Assembly: GCA_001643675.2 (NCBI GenBank)
Contig: LSRY02000002.1
Location: forward strand, 124,001-188,000
Direction of reading: 5' to 3'
Source: Monocercomonoides exilis PA203
Taxonomy: Eukaryota; Protista; Preaxostyla
DNA: 64,000 bases
Below are positions 26,001 to 38,577 of the stretch, piece by piece (the stretch's first letter is position 1; every line of letters begins with the position of its first letter). The notes under the pieces were generated by a model, which was not told where the DNA came from, made no database searches, and was given only the letters and a program-made list of their open reading frames with translations. The position numbers and the translations under genes are program-made.

Positions 26001-26098
26001 TAAATAAAATATATAATTATCAAGCATTTTATAACTGTACAACATGAAAAAAACATACGACAATAATTCATATGAACAAATGAAGGGAGGCCCAACAT
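11083..26098 (-). CDS. Giant (~4,900 aa) NACHT/STAND NTPase - helical repeat - TBC Rab-GAP fusion protein
   Basis: Exons 26098-26059, 25954-25657, 25607-11699 and 11598-11083 join in frame across GT-AG introns. NACHT motifs: Walker A RLIVCGNESSGKT (GNESSGKT at 25517-25540), PIYLSI, Walker B GRCLLFID (~25205-25230), sensor-1-like CIVAIRS, YPLFL, and winged-helix YRFAHFAFQEFFNA (~20530-20578). TBC motifs: IELDVKRT, GFLQGM, KL|PALRFF, MWFISLFAKRF, FLFRAALGLL. The extreme 5' and 3' exons are less certain. Confidence 0.8.
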
Positions 26099-27306
26099 AA
26101 TTTTAATATTCTTCAAAATGTGTGAAATTTGTAAATTTTCTTCAATTATTGTTGTGGTTATTTTATCAGTTTGTCTTTTAGTCAGTTGATTAAATCTTTA
26201 TTCATATTCATTGAAACAACAACTTTTTTTAAACTAGTTTTGGTGTGATAGCAAGCTGAAAATATCAAAAATTCCTTTTTTAATCATGAAAAAAAAAATA
26301 TGTAATGCATCTCAATGCTTTTTTTGCATCTGCACAATAATGAATTATGATGAACATTTTTTTTTTTTTTTTTGTTAATTTTTTATTTATTTATTAACAT
26401 ATTTAAGTTTTTTTTTTTATTTAACATTCAATAGAATTTTTATTTTGGAAGAAATATTTTGCTTTTTGAATATTGTTCCACTCAATAATATTTCATATTA
26501 TTTCTCAATTTTTATTTATTTTTTTTATTATTAGGCATGGGAAAGTTAGACTTATTTTGATAAGGTTGAAGAAAAAGTTTTGAATAAATCGTTATTTTTT
26601 TCTTAAATGCAAGAATTTTGCATCATTTGACAAATTAAAAATTAATTCAATTTCTTTTTATTACCATACAAATATAGATGTTTGATTGAATGCTAATTTT
26701 ATTTTCCATATTTGCATACCAAACTAATTACAAACAGTTGTTGAACAAATCACTTTAAAAACAACGTTAACTTCTTTTTCGTTGAATTTCAACTGAAAGG
26801 AAATATTTGAAGTTTTGAAACGTTTTCCAAATATTATCATTTAGAATGATTTTTTTTTTTCAATACAAATAATTTAGAACTTGTGTTTCAAAAATTTTGA
26901 TATTTCAAGAAAATTCAATTTTCAAAAAAATTTGAACTTGCATCAAAAACGAAATTTCTTTCAAAGGTGTGCAATCGTTCTGTTTTTAAGTATAAGCCAA
27001 TTACATAAAGTCATGAAAAAATGAACGAAATTCAAATTTTCTTATTTCCATTAAGTCACTCAAACTCTTTCATTAATCGCAAACAAAGCAAAAACACCTC
27101 CCTCTTTTGTAAAGAATCAAAATAAAAATGAAATAAGCTTTGATACATATCAATAAATATCACAGAAATAGTAAAACGCAAGAAAAAATTGCGCACCGAA
27201 ATTAACAATATAACAACTAAATTGAGAGATAGATAAATAAAAAGTTAACAGGTGCACATTCTTTTTGAAATGAAGACAAAAAATAACATAATGATCGCGA
27301 AAATGC

Positions 27307-30300
27307 TCACTGGTCAAAATCAATATTGTAGTAACCATTTATAGATAAAAGAGGTAAAAATGGCTTCTTTCTCTTTTTCTCAACAAAACGAGAAATTAAT
27401 GAAAGAGTACCAACTAAAACTAAAAATATAATCACAAAAGACAATAAAATTCCAATAGATATCCAACCCCATTCTTTCTTCTCTTTTTCTGAAAGGATAT
27501 TTAGTAAATCAATGCGGATAGCGTTTGACCAGTGAATTCCATCTCCAGTGACATAGCAATACACACTATCAGGTGGCAATTTTGGAAACTCGCTCAAAAT
27601 AATTTCTTTTCCAATAGAATATACAAACGCTTCTTCTGGTTCAAGTTCTGCAGATCTTTTTGCTTCACATTCGACAAATTGTATTGCTTCGCTGAGTTTT
27701 TCGCCTACGCTGCTAGAGTTATTGCCACTTTGCTTTTGATAATAAATCTGAGATGGGCAAGTATCTTTGTTATGAAATTGAGGGGTAGAATGATATTTCC
27801 GAAAATTACTTTGCATGATGAGCTCGAGCGAATCAGGATCAGTCGGAAGAATTTGTGTGGATGAAGTGGAAAAAGCAAAAAGCGGTCGTGTGATTTGCAA
27901 CGTTTCTATTTGAAACTTTAAGCTTGATATATGTGGATAATTGTTAATATTTGCTGCAATTGAGCCACTAGCCAAAATAGGAGTTTTGTTTGGTTTAAAG
28001 CATTCGACAGAAGTTCCTTTAAAAGATTCACATTGCTGATCGCATGAATAATACGAAACATGCGTTCCTTCATTACTTTTGTCGTCAATAAATCTATTAT
28101 TTTTTGAAAGAGATAGATTTGACTTAAAGCATTCGATATTTAGCGGCGATGAAAATGAATCATCAAGTTCAATGACATTCTGATTGAACATGTTGTGTGA
28201 AAGACTGGCAGACACTCCTCTCAATGCTGAAAATCCCCCTCCGATATTCATCTTGAATGTTGATTCTTCTATTACTGTGTTGCTTGGATTATCTCCATCC
28301 AAAGACGATGGTGATCTTAAGTCGAGTGATTCAGTAAACCCTCCACCACCAGCTAATCCATGAATTGTGTCATGCATTGACCCGAAACATTTATTGTTCA
28401 AAAATTCGCATCGATATATTAAAATAGAAGGATTATCTTTTTCATTATTTTCTCGAGTTAATTGTTTTGCTGAACTCGCATGAACGTACATTCCACCACC
28501 AATTCCAAATGCTTGATTATCTTTAAATGAGCAATGCTGCATTTGGAGATAAAAACCTTCTTGATAATTTGAAATATTTCCACTAACTATTTTTTCGTTA
28601 ATTCCTGAAAAGAAAATGCCTCCGCCAGTAAAATGTGAAACGCATTCAGAAACAGTCAGGTTCAGCGCATGTAGAGCCGTGATATATTGTTGTGAACACA
28701 AATATAAACCTCCTCCATAAAAAGCACCGCATTGAGAAATTTTTACATCCGTCAAATTCACAGCAAGCATTGAATATGTACTTGGTTCATTTACAAACCA
28801 AATAGTTTTATCCGAAATTTTTTCCTTTTGCAAAATATTAATTGCTCCTCCACTTCCAGCAGTGCATCTCTCAAATACGCAATTTTGTGTAATATTGATA
28901 GATGTTACTTTTTTATCAACTTTGTCATTCAGATTTATTGAAATAGCTCCTCCATTTATCCCAGCAAAACAATCAGAAAAAGAGCACGAAAAAAATAGCG
29001 CTGAATCCAATTCAGAACCTGTTAATAAGAACACGCCACCTGAGCCTTCGCAAGAACAATCATTTGCAGTCAGTTGTGCAACGTTCACTTTCTGCGCACC
29101 AAAAATCGCAAAAGCACCTCCATTGCCGTTTGATCTCGTTTTTGAAATTAATACATTTCGGAAGAGTGCTTCACGCATTCCCACAATTGTAAACAAGCCT
29201 CCTGATGTTCCCCCTCCACTTGGTGAAACTAACTGTGGCTGCTGATGATGATGTCCAAGCTCTTCGGAGTCGAAATACCAGCCATTGTCGTAAGAAATAG
29301 AAGTCGAACCTGAGGCTGTATGAAATTGGGCAGGATGAATATTTTCTCCTGTGCTTTCAGTAAGCATAAATGTTAGTTCTTTGTTACGATCACCTTGTAC
29401 GAAAAGAGCTGATTCGCAAAAAGAGTTTGGTTGAATTGTAACATTGAAAAAATTCATATTTGTTAGAAATACTGACTGCATGCTAAGAAATAGTGCGACA
29501 ATGCCTTCGATATTTGAAGCTTCAAAATAATCGATATTTAATTTCCCATTTATATCTGCTGCAAAGAAGTTTGCTGTTTCTCTTGAATCCAATTCGTGTT
29601 GAAGGTTAATTTTTGCAGGTGCAAAAGATGAATATTTCGGAACAATAAAATGTTTGTCCTTTTCATCTTCAGAAACAATGTGTTCAAACAGCATTTGATT
29701 GTCCATAAAAGAAATCTCTGAAAATGCAGCATCGCCACCAACATGAGAAATCCATAAATCTGCAAATATTCTTCTGTCTTTCAGCAGTGAATCTGAATTT
29801 ATGGAACTGTTTAACATCTTTTCCTGCTTAATTTCACCTTTTTTCTTGCTTTTATCTGACAAACAGCAATTATGTTCAAATTCATCATTTAAATTGTAAA
29901 ATGCGCAATCAACAAATTTATTCTTTTTGAAAGTCAATTTTGCTCCAATTAATTTCTGAATAATATTTGTAATTGTAACAGAGCAACCGCATCCGCGAGT
30001 ACCTTCTCCAGAATTTTGATCTGGATGGATATTTGCATTACTTGCGAAGCAATCTGCTAAAATATTATTCTCGAATGAGCAACCTGAAATAGAACAAAGT
30101 TTCACGCTATCGATATTAACTGCCATCGAATATAGTTGATTAAACGTGCAAGTATCGATATTGCAAGTCGAGGAACCATAAATGTTGATAGCACTTGAAT
30201 GATAAGCAATTTCGTCTTCAATCAATCTTTCGCGAATCTCTGTCGAAGTTAACTTCAGTTTGGCTTTGTTTTTTTCTTTGTGAATAAATGTATCAGAGCG

Positions 30301-33300
30301 ATCTTTCTCTAAATATAGTTCTTCTTTTTGAGAAAATTGAAGGATGTGCGAATGAGTTGTCTTGGGATTGAACGAAATTCCACTTATAGTGATTGACTTT
30401 CCTCCTAAAAGATAAATCTTATTTCCAGAATGGGAAAAGAAATTTACAGTAGATATGTTAACTTCGTCGCAGTTAATGCCATACAAAAGGCCAATCCCCT
30501 TATGAGAAAACCCAAATGTGTCAGTTTCTGAAATTCTGCCACAAACAACCAAAGAAGCAACATTGTTCGCTTTAATAACATAAGGAATTGATGAAGTTGA
30601 CTACAAGTTTGATGAAAATAATAAAGCGTTGTATTAGAAATACGTGTTTTTCAAAAAGAATAAATAAACAACAGAAATATTTACAGGAAAAAAATAATTG
30701 AAATAAGCATTTTAAAAAGTTAAATACCTTTGGATACTCAAAATGTGATGGCTTCACAAAAGTGATGGTCACGAGCGAAGAATCAGTAACTGAAATAGGC
30801 AAAAACCATTCAGCTACATTTTGATCGGCATTTGTAAACATTATGTTTGTTAGGAAAATGGAGCAACATTTTTCTTTAATAACAATTGCATTATGTTCAT
30901 ATGTCTGAACACATAAGTCTGAAATAGTCACTCTGAAAAGATAAAAACCACAAATTAGGAGGTGAAATAGAAGATAATGAATAAAGATTATAAAATACTG
31001 AAAGAAAATATCATTTCAAACATTTCAGATTCCTTAACAACAAAAATGGCATCTCTCTTTGCTTTTGTGCCTCCAATCACGCTTTCTGAATCAGATCCAA
31101 ATATTCGCAATGAATGTGCTTTTGAAATGCACAGGACATCATCTTCCAGAAAGATACCTTTATCAACTTTTATATCCACATACTGCTGTGGCGATGAAAT
31201 TGCATAAAAAATCGTCCTGCAAGCAGCGTCATTCCCCTTCAAGCATTCTGCTGAATCAGCTCCGTTCATTTTTACAGTTATAAGTTTCTGATCTTCATTC
31301 ACTGCCACTTCTACAGAGTTTGTCCATTTGACGCAAGTGCCTGTAACATAAAAATACAGAACAGACGGAGGAACAAGCGGAAAACCAATTAAAGTTGTTG
31401 GCGTTAATGTTTCTATTTGAAGATATGTTTCACCATCATTCCTTGTTCGTGTTCCAACTGCTTCTATAAATTGAGAAGGATCCAAATTTGAATACTGAAA
31501 TCTCTTTAACTCAGATGCAGAAGTGCATTTAATGACTGGTGGATTATCAATCCTAGACAGAGAGACATAAATTGCTGGATGTGTAAGTATTGTGGTTGAT
31601 ATGTGAAACTTTAATGGAGGAAGCACTGGCCATTGGTGCGTGGAAATAGATTGCGTCTCTGAGATGAGCAATTCAGGATAGCCCGTATTCATGCAGAAAA
31701 TCTCTGTCAAGTCATTGGCGTTACAAATGACATCGCAATAGTAATAGTTGTAATTTTTTTGACTTTGTTTCATTTCATTCAAAAACAAATTTGAAAAAAG
31801 CACTTTCAGCATTGAATCTTGACATTCAATGTTTGAGTTAGCAGCTTCTGAAGCTTTTTGTATGTTTTCATGATTGTCATAAAATGTGTCGTTGTCAATG
31901 ACTCCATTTATTCCCTCCATTACGGAAATACCTCCTCCAATATTTGAAGCAAATATGGAAAAGTTGATGCACAAAAATGGTTTTTTGCTTGCTAAAAACG
32001 GAGAATGAAAATCCGAATATGGCTGAAATGTTGAAGATACGTCAGAAGAAAGTTCCAAATTCTTTGCCATCAGCGCTATTCCTCCTCCACCAGAAACACT
32101 CGGAGCGATATCGTAAAACGCCCCATAACAAGTATTTCTTTGAAAACAATTATTAAAAAAGTATATCTGGAACGAGTCTTTGTCTTCCTTTGTTATACTT
32201 GAAAAAAATAAATCTGGACAAAAAAAAGCTGCGACCATTGCTCCGCCAATTCCTTCTGCAAAATTATTTTTCAGTTCTGAATTTTCCATACAAAACGCAT
32301 AGTTTTGTTCATTGAAAGCATCTGATTTATTAGCAGGAAATAAAAAGGTTGAAACAAGAATGCCCCCTCCGGCAATGCAAGCAGAACAATAGGAAATGTT
32401 TAAATTAAATATTGTTATGAAAGATGCACATTTGTGAGAACCAATAACCATTCCCCCCCCATATATCGCTGTGCATTTTGAACATTTTAGTGAATAGATA
32501 ATTATGTTAAAGCAACACTGTTTCTCTTTAAATTCTCTCGAATCAGATGAAGATTTACCAAACATCGCATTGCGTGAACCTAAGTACAGGCCACCGCCTT
32601 CTGTGGCACTGCATTTGTCGAGCGTTACATTGTCTTTTAAGTTTACATTGCACTTTGATGCATTTGAGTTTGAGTCAAGAGGAAAATAGATTCCTCCACC
32701 ACGCATTTGTGACACACATTTCGTCAGAGATACGCTTTCAAACTCGATCGAGTTAGCTGTTGAAGACATAAGAACTATTCCTCCTCCGCAACCTTTGCTT
32801 TTGCACAGACTCATGCTTAATTTAGTAATGATAACTGAATTAAATCCTATCAATGCAATTGCTCCTCCATGGCCATTTGTCTGTGAATCTGTAATACTTC
32901 CTTCTTTTAATATAATTTCGGATACGCTATCAACCGTCAAAAACCCTCCTGACGCACAAATATCTGCAGCTTCTCGATTTGTCAATGATGATTCATGCGT
33001 CCCATCCTGCTTTCCATCAAAAGACCAGAAATCGCCATTAAAAGCGTATAATGCCTTAGAAGTCTTTGAGAACATAGATGATTTGACAGAATTAGCTTTG
33101 AAATTAGAAATTACAAGATTTGTTGGAATTTCTTCAACTGGAAATCCTTTTATGAAGATTGAAGATTCACAGAATGTGTTTGATTGTGTCGTGATGGAAG
33201 TGAAATCAATGGAATCAAGCTCTAAGCGCGCGCATTCCACAAATGCAATGACTGTTCCTTCGCAAGAAGTGGCATTAAAATCAGAAACAAATGAAGGACA

Positions 33301-35055
33301 TTTTATGTCTGCCCCAAAAAAGCAGGCTGAAGGACGGACAATCTTCGTGTGCTTCATGTTCACAGCTAAAGGTGCGACAGTTGCAAAGGCAGGAACAATA
33401 AAATGATCCTTTTTGAATGCTTCATCGTTCAAAAATGCATCGCAGCTCATTTGGTCGTGTTCAAAGGTGATGCGTTGAACTTTAAAAGTTGCTGCTTTGG
33501 CGATGTGCCCAACCCACACATCTGCAGCTACATTTTTTGTGGCATGTCCTTTTCCTTCACTTGGAGAAATGAGGGTGTGAAACGAAGAAGTTTGTAAAGA
33601 TGAAAATGGCTGAAATGTATTTGTTAATGGAAATGATGTGATTGAAGATGGTTGTGAAGTGGTAGGTGTATGATATCTTTCATTTTGAGATCTCTCTTTT
33701 TTCAATAATTCAAAACATTTTTCTGTTATTCCATTATGAGAAAATTTGAGATTATTTAATTCTAATGAATGTTCAACATTGGTAACTGTAATTGAACTTC
33801 CACATCCCCCGTATATTGCATTTGCCCCAAAGTATTCGTTCTGTACTGGTGGTATCGAAGGGATTATACAGAGTTTGTTATCGGAGAATGTTGAATCTCT
33901 TATTGTACAGTCTTTTACCGTATCAATAAAAATGCATGTTGAAAACAATTTTCGAAATGAACATGTATTTATTTCAATATCGTCGATGCAAGTAGCAAAT
34001 ATGGTAATTGGTGATTCCAATACTCTGTGAATTGCATTATTGTCGACTGGAAACATATTTACCTTTCCAACTTCATATTGATAGTGAATATCATAATAGT
34101 GTTTACTAGATATGTTAGCAACTGCACCTATAAGTTTTGATGGGATAAAGTTATAAAATAATTTGCTGAAAGTGTAATGTTTTCCTCCATTAGCATATAT
34201 TTTGTTTCCTTCGCTTTCGCGAAACAACAGATTGCAAAGATTAACATTTTCGCATCCAATAAGTGAAGCTAAACCAACGCCTTTGCAATTAAATTCACCA
34301 AATTCATTTTGATCTTTCAAGCCAAAAATATCTAAATTAGTTGAATTATTCGCTTCAATGAAATATGGAAATGATACACATAACTAAAGCAATGGTGAAA
34401 TATTTCAAAAATAAACAAGAATAAATAACTTTAAATATTTAATTGCATACAGTAGGTACGATTAATGAAGAAGCAGATTCAATTTCTACTTTCACATGTG
34501 AAGAAAATGAAACTTTAATTGGAATTTTCCAAGTATCCGCCTGCTCAACAGTATTTATAAATTGCACATCCGCTATTCTAACATTATTAGTGTTTGATTC
34601 AATAATTATTCCTCCATGTATAGACGTATCAATTGAAAAAGAATGCAGAGAAACACTAAAATAATATGATAAAAACAAATATGTTTTAAAGCATAAATAT
34701 TGTAAGGTCGTAAATAAATATATTCATACTCTTCAGATTTTTTTATAACAAATAGCGCATTTCGTTCGTGTACGTCTCCTGAAAGAAATGTTGATGTTTT
34801 CTTTCCTTGAATCATTAAATTTTTAGCACTTGTAATTTCTACTCCATTTATTTCACAAAATGTACCAGAATTAATTGTAAGAATGACATTTTCGACAGTT
34901 GCTGATAAAGCATAAGAAATTGTTTTACAATATTTTTCACCGCCATTCAAGCAACCTTGGATGTCTTTACCATTAAGATCAACGACAATATGTATTTCAT
35001 TAGATGGCAAGCTTAGGACCCAACAAAAGCTTGCCAATAATAACTCTAACAACAT
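27307..35055 (-). CDS. Type I membrane surface protein with GGA(I/F/M) beta-helix (pectin-lyase/Pmp-like) repeats, built from two tandem ~1,200-aa modules
   Basis: Signal peptide MLLELLLASFCWVLS. GT-AG introns at 34656-34729, 34384-34450, 30933-31021 and 30601-30727 join five ORF pieces in frame. There are many GGAI/GGGI/FxxN motifs, a C-terminal TM (WISIGILLSFVIIFLVLVGTLSLI) and a short tail ending GYYNIDFDQ. Confidence 0.85.
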
Positions 35056-35584
35056 AAAAATTAGAATTTTTCAGAATGTGGATTTTGATTATCAATTATG
35101 GTTTGATGAAATTTTTAAAAATATCTGCGTTCTTTTTTTCCCTTTCCACTCTTCAAGCAATAATTGATGTGTATTTGATAAAATTATGCAAAACTGATTT
35201 ATTTTGTTGATTTGTCAGATGAACTTGTTTATAAATAAAATAAAAGTTCAGTTTTTGCTGAATTTGTTCATGTTTCAACTTGTGAAAAATATTAAAAAGT
35301 TATCGTTCAAAAGTCAAAGAAAATTTTTTGTTCATGCAGTTTTATTTGAATATTTCTTTCAATAGAAAAAAAATTTTATTTTTCATATCTTTTTACAAAA
35401 AAAACTGATAAAATCAGAAACTGCTCTTAATATGGGTAAATAATATTGAATGAGATGGTAATATAAACTTTCTTTTTATTTTTCGCAAAAAGAAAGAAAT
35501 TATTATTTTTTTCATAACTTTATTTACCTTTTTAAAATGTATAAATGAGTAAGTTTTTTTTTTCTGCTCACAGTCACAATTTAT

Positions 35585-35850
35585 ACGTGTGATTATTTTT
35601 GAAACCAAATCTTCTTTATCATAAATTTCGGTTTGAAAATTCACATTTAATGCGAATAAATGAATACTGAAAAATCATAACTTCAATCAAAGACACTTTT
35701 TTCATAAATCATGTCTCGAACATCGTTATTTGAAGGAATTATCGTTTATTTTTCTTTTGAACAACAAACTCCTCTTCAAAGAAATACAACCTTTGAAGAA
35801 TTAACACTCAGAAAAAGGTTCTGATATGAAATATTATCACTCATATGGAA
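35585..35850. repeat. MITE-like dispersed repeat, copy 1
   Basis: Bounded by an inverted pair of the motif (T)GGGTGATTATTTTTGAAATC (35589-35606 minus, 35823-35846 plus). Collinear with 42088-42350 (shared aaatttcggt, aattatc, tcttttgaa, atacaa.ctttgaa.aattaacac). Confidence 0.6.
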
Positions 35851-36014
35851 ATAACAACATTGTCAAGTGTTTATTTCATTTTATTTAGATTTCTGTTTGG
35901 AAAAACATTATTGAACTATTTTTTCTTTTTTTGAAATATGTCGGCACAATATAAAAAAAACTATCAAAAAAACTTTGACAAATTTTTTCGTGAAAAATGT
36001 GCAGTTTGTGCAAT

Positions 36015-36348
36015 AAATACCGGACAAGATCGATTTCTCTATAACTGCAAGAGGAATTCTTCTGACAATTTTCCTCTTAATATATCTCATCGATGCAAAT
36101 TCGTTTACTACACAAAACAAACATTTTCATGCCGACTGAATTTGATATAAAGATATTTTTGAAATCTTGGAGAAACAAGACTTTTTGTTTCTCCGAGATA
36201 AAAATCATTTATTTTTTCTGAGCACAAATGAAGCTTCTTTGAAAGTCTCGTTTATCAAATGAGTTTGAGTTAATGAGATATATTTTGAGGAAAATTGTCA
36301 GAATTATTCCTCTTGCAGTTGTTGTGAAATCGATCTTGTCCGGTATTT
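36015..36348. repeat. 334-bp imperfect palindrome (foldback)
   Basis: 36015-aaataccggacaagatcgatttc...ctgcaagaggaat...ctgacaattttcctc pairs with its reverse complement ending at 36348. The inner hairpin atcttggagaaacaa/ttgtttctccgagat (36164-36199) shares the same centre (36181.5). Confidence 0.9.
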
Positions 36349-36812
36349 TGTGCGATGTCCGGTATTTTATGAGATATCTGAAATTAATTTTCATTTTTTC
36401 TGTGTTAAGTCACATCGCTTATAATCACAATCGGATATAGTCACAAAATGTCGTGCAAAAACCGATGTGATTATATCCGGTTTTGACTGTATTTATGTTT
36501 TTGATGATTTTAAAGAACTTAATTTTTTTCTATTTAAATATGATGAAAGGAACATTTTTGTCAGTTAGTCACACTATATAATGATGCATAATTTGTAAAG
36601 TTTTCTTCCGTATTTGTGATTACAACAACAACAATTTTAATAACAAAAATTAAATAGAAAAAGAACAAAAATTTTTTTATTCATTTTTTGTTTAAATTGA
36701 AAATTTTCCAGACTCTTCAAATTTTGCAATGAATACAAAAATATATGGGTCGTTATTTTTGAAATCATAACTTTTTTCGGGGTATTGGTTTTTCAAAAAT
36801 TAATTGAATTTT

Positions 36813-36922
36813 GAATAGATTTTTTTAATTTAAATAAACCAGGTTTATTCAAAAGAACTCATGTTTATTCGAATAGATCTGGTTTATTTGAATAAACTGA
36901 GTTCATTGAAGATAGACTGAGT
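36813..36922. repeat. Tandem array of ~19-bp palindromic units (consensus GAATAAAC-NNN-GTTTATTC), interrupted by the Merlin insertion
   Basis: Units at 36832-36850, 36851-36870, 36871-36889 and 36890-36908. The last unit is split at the TSD and continues at 38586. Confidence 0.7.
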
Positions 36923-38577
36923 GGTAATAGTCGATTAGATCGACACCCTAGAAAATCGATAAGTCAACATAATTTTTGCATCAAATGAAATCCATTATTA
37001 ATATGAACAATGAAACAACGTGAAAATCAAGGATCTATTTCTATTTTTTTTTTCAATAATTAACAGAAAAAATTTTAATAAAAGGGATAATGATCATTAA
37101 AAACAATTGTTAAATGGAGGAAAAGAGGGAGATCTCATCTTTTTTTCAATGTTTCATAACGAGGAAAATTGCTGGGATTGGTTTAGGTTACAAATTTTAT
37201 CGGACAAAAAGATGGAGTGCGAGAAGTGTGGATGAATAATGTGCTTTACAAAGGATTCTGTTCAAAGACAGAATTTTTAGGTGTCCGAATTGCAAAACCA
37301 GAAAAACTGTGTTCGCAGATACACTTATGAGGCAAAATATTTCACTTCGGGCATTTTCATTGAAAAATAATACACTTTTCATTGACTTTTTTTCTTCAAA
37401 AAACACAACAAAAATGTATCCATTTTTTGACATTCGTGAAATGCTGGAAAACCATATGTTTTGATTTCAACGATGCCTGCAAACGGATCTGATTATATGA
37501 CTTTTTTTGAAATCTGAAAAAGTGAAACAAAGTTTTGAGCGAATTAATTTTTTTGTGCTTTGTGCAAAAAAAGCTTGAAAGTCCGAATTTTCCCCCATAT
37601 GAAAATTTTCAGATTGGGAATTTCAAAATTATTGCTTTTGCTGCTCTTCATATTCATTCGATTAAAAAATTAGCATATTTGAATGTTGCTTAATGTCAAT
37701 AAAAACACAGTTTTATATTACATGAATTTATCACGACAAGAACGAGTTACAAACCTGTGTCAAAATTTTGAACAGTTGGGAAAAGATGGACAGATCGTCG
37801 AAATCGATGAAATGCTGCTCAGACGAAGAAAATATTACCGTGGAAGAAGAAAAAAGCAAATTTGGCTATTTGGCATGGTCGAAAAAAATACTGGAGGAGG
37901 ACAAGGAAATTTCATCATCATTAGAGTTATGAATAGAAAAAAAGAACAATTATGACCATTAATAATGACAAACGTTACCCCAGGTTCTACAATCTACTCC
38001 GACGAATGGAAGGCTTATGCATCATTGAAATCATTGGGATTCGATCATAACACGGAATGCCATAAATGAAGATACAAAACTGAAAAAAATTTGTGCACGA
38101 ATACAATTGAAGCTGTTTAGAGTGAATTTCAAATATTTCTCGCTTCGTGTGGAATTCAAAATAGATATATAGACGAAATAATTGCTGAATTGATATCAAC
38201 AAATGGAAAATCAATAAAATTTTCAGAATTTGCGGAGGGCATGTTTTTTATAAAGAAGTGGAAAATAAAAAAATGGGAACTCCGATCGAATTTAGCTACG
38301 AAGAATCCATAGAATCTGACGGAGATGATGATTCTTCTTTAACAGCAACAGAAGAAATGTCATCTGACAGATCTTTTGATTGCGATCATATTGATGAAAA
38401 AGATAAGGAATAAATCCCCTGAACAGTTTTTTTTATTACTCCTTTTCACACTTCAAACCCTAATTTCAAAATTCAAATGCCTTAAAACGCATTTATAATT
38501 ACTTATTTGTCATTTCTATCAAAAAGAAATCCAAAATTTTGATAATTTAAGGGTGTCGATCTATCCCGACTAATGCC
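36923..38577 (+). mobile_element. Merlin (IS1016/IS1595-ISXO2-like) DNA transposon, non-functional
   Basis: ~28-bp imperfect TIRs start with GG (left ggtaatagtcgattagatcgacaccct; right end reverse complement ggcattagtcgggatagatcgacaccct). Perfect 8-bp TSD GACTGAGT at 36915-36922 and 38578-38585. Confidence 0.92.
37100..38412 (+). pseudogene. Disrupted Merlin/ISXO2-like DDE transposase
   Basis: Zn-ribbon remnants (CEKCG, FRCPNC), VEIDE...RRKYYRGR...WLFGMVE, then an in-frame TGA at 37953-37955, followed by PGSTIYSDEWKAY and HxNTIE-like remnants with frameshifts, and an acidic tail. Confidence 0.85.

Noticed and set aside
36813-36922. Possible CRISPR-like array of palindromic repeats
   Set aside because: The units abut with no unique spacers, are degenerate, have no cas genes nearby, and sit in a eukaryotic context.
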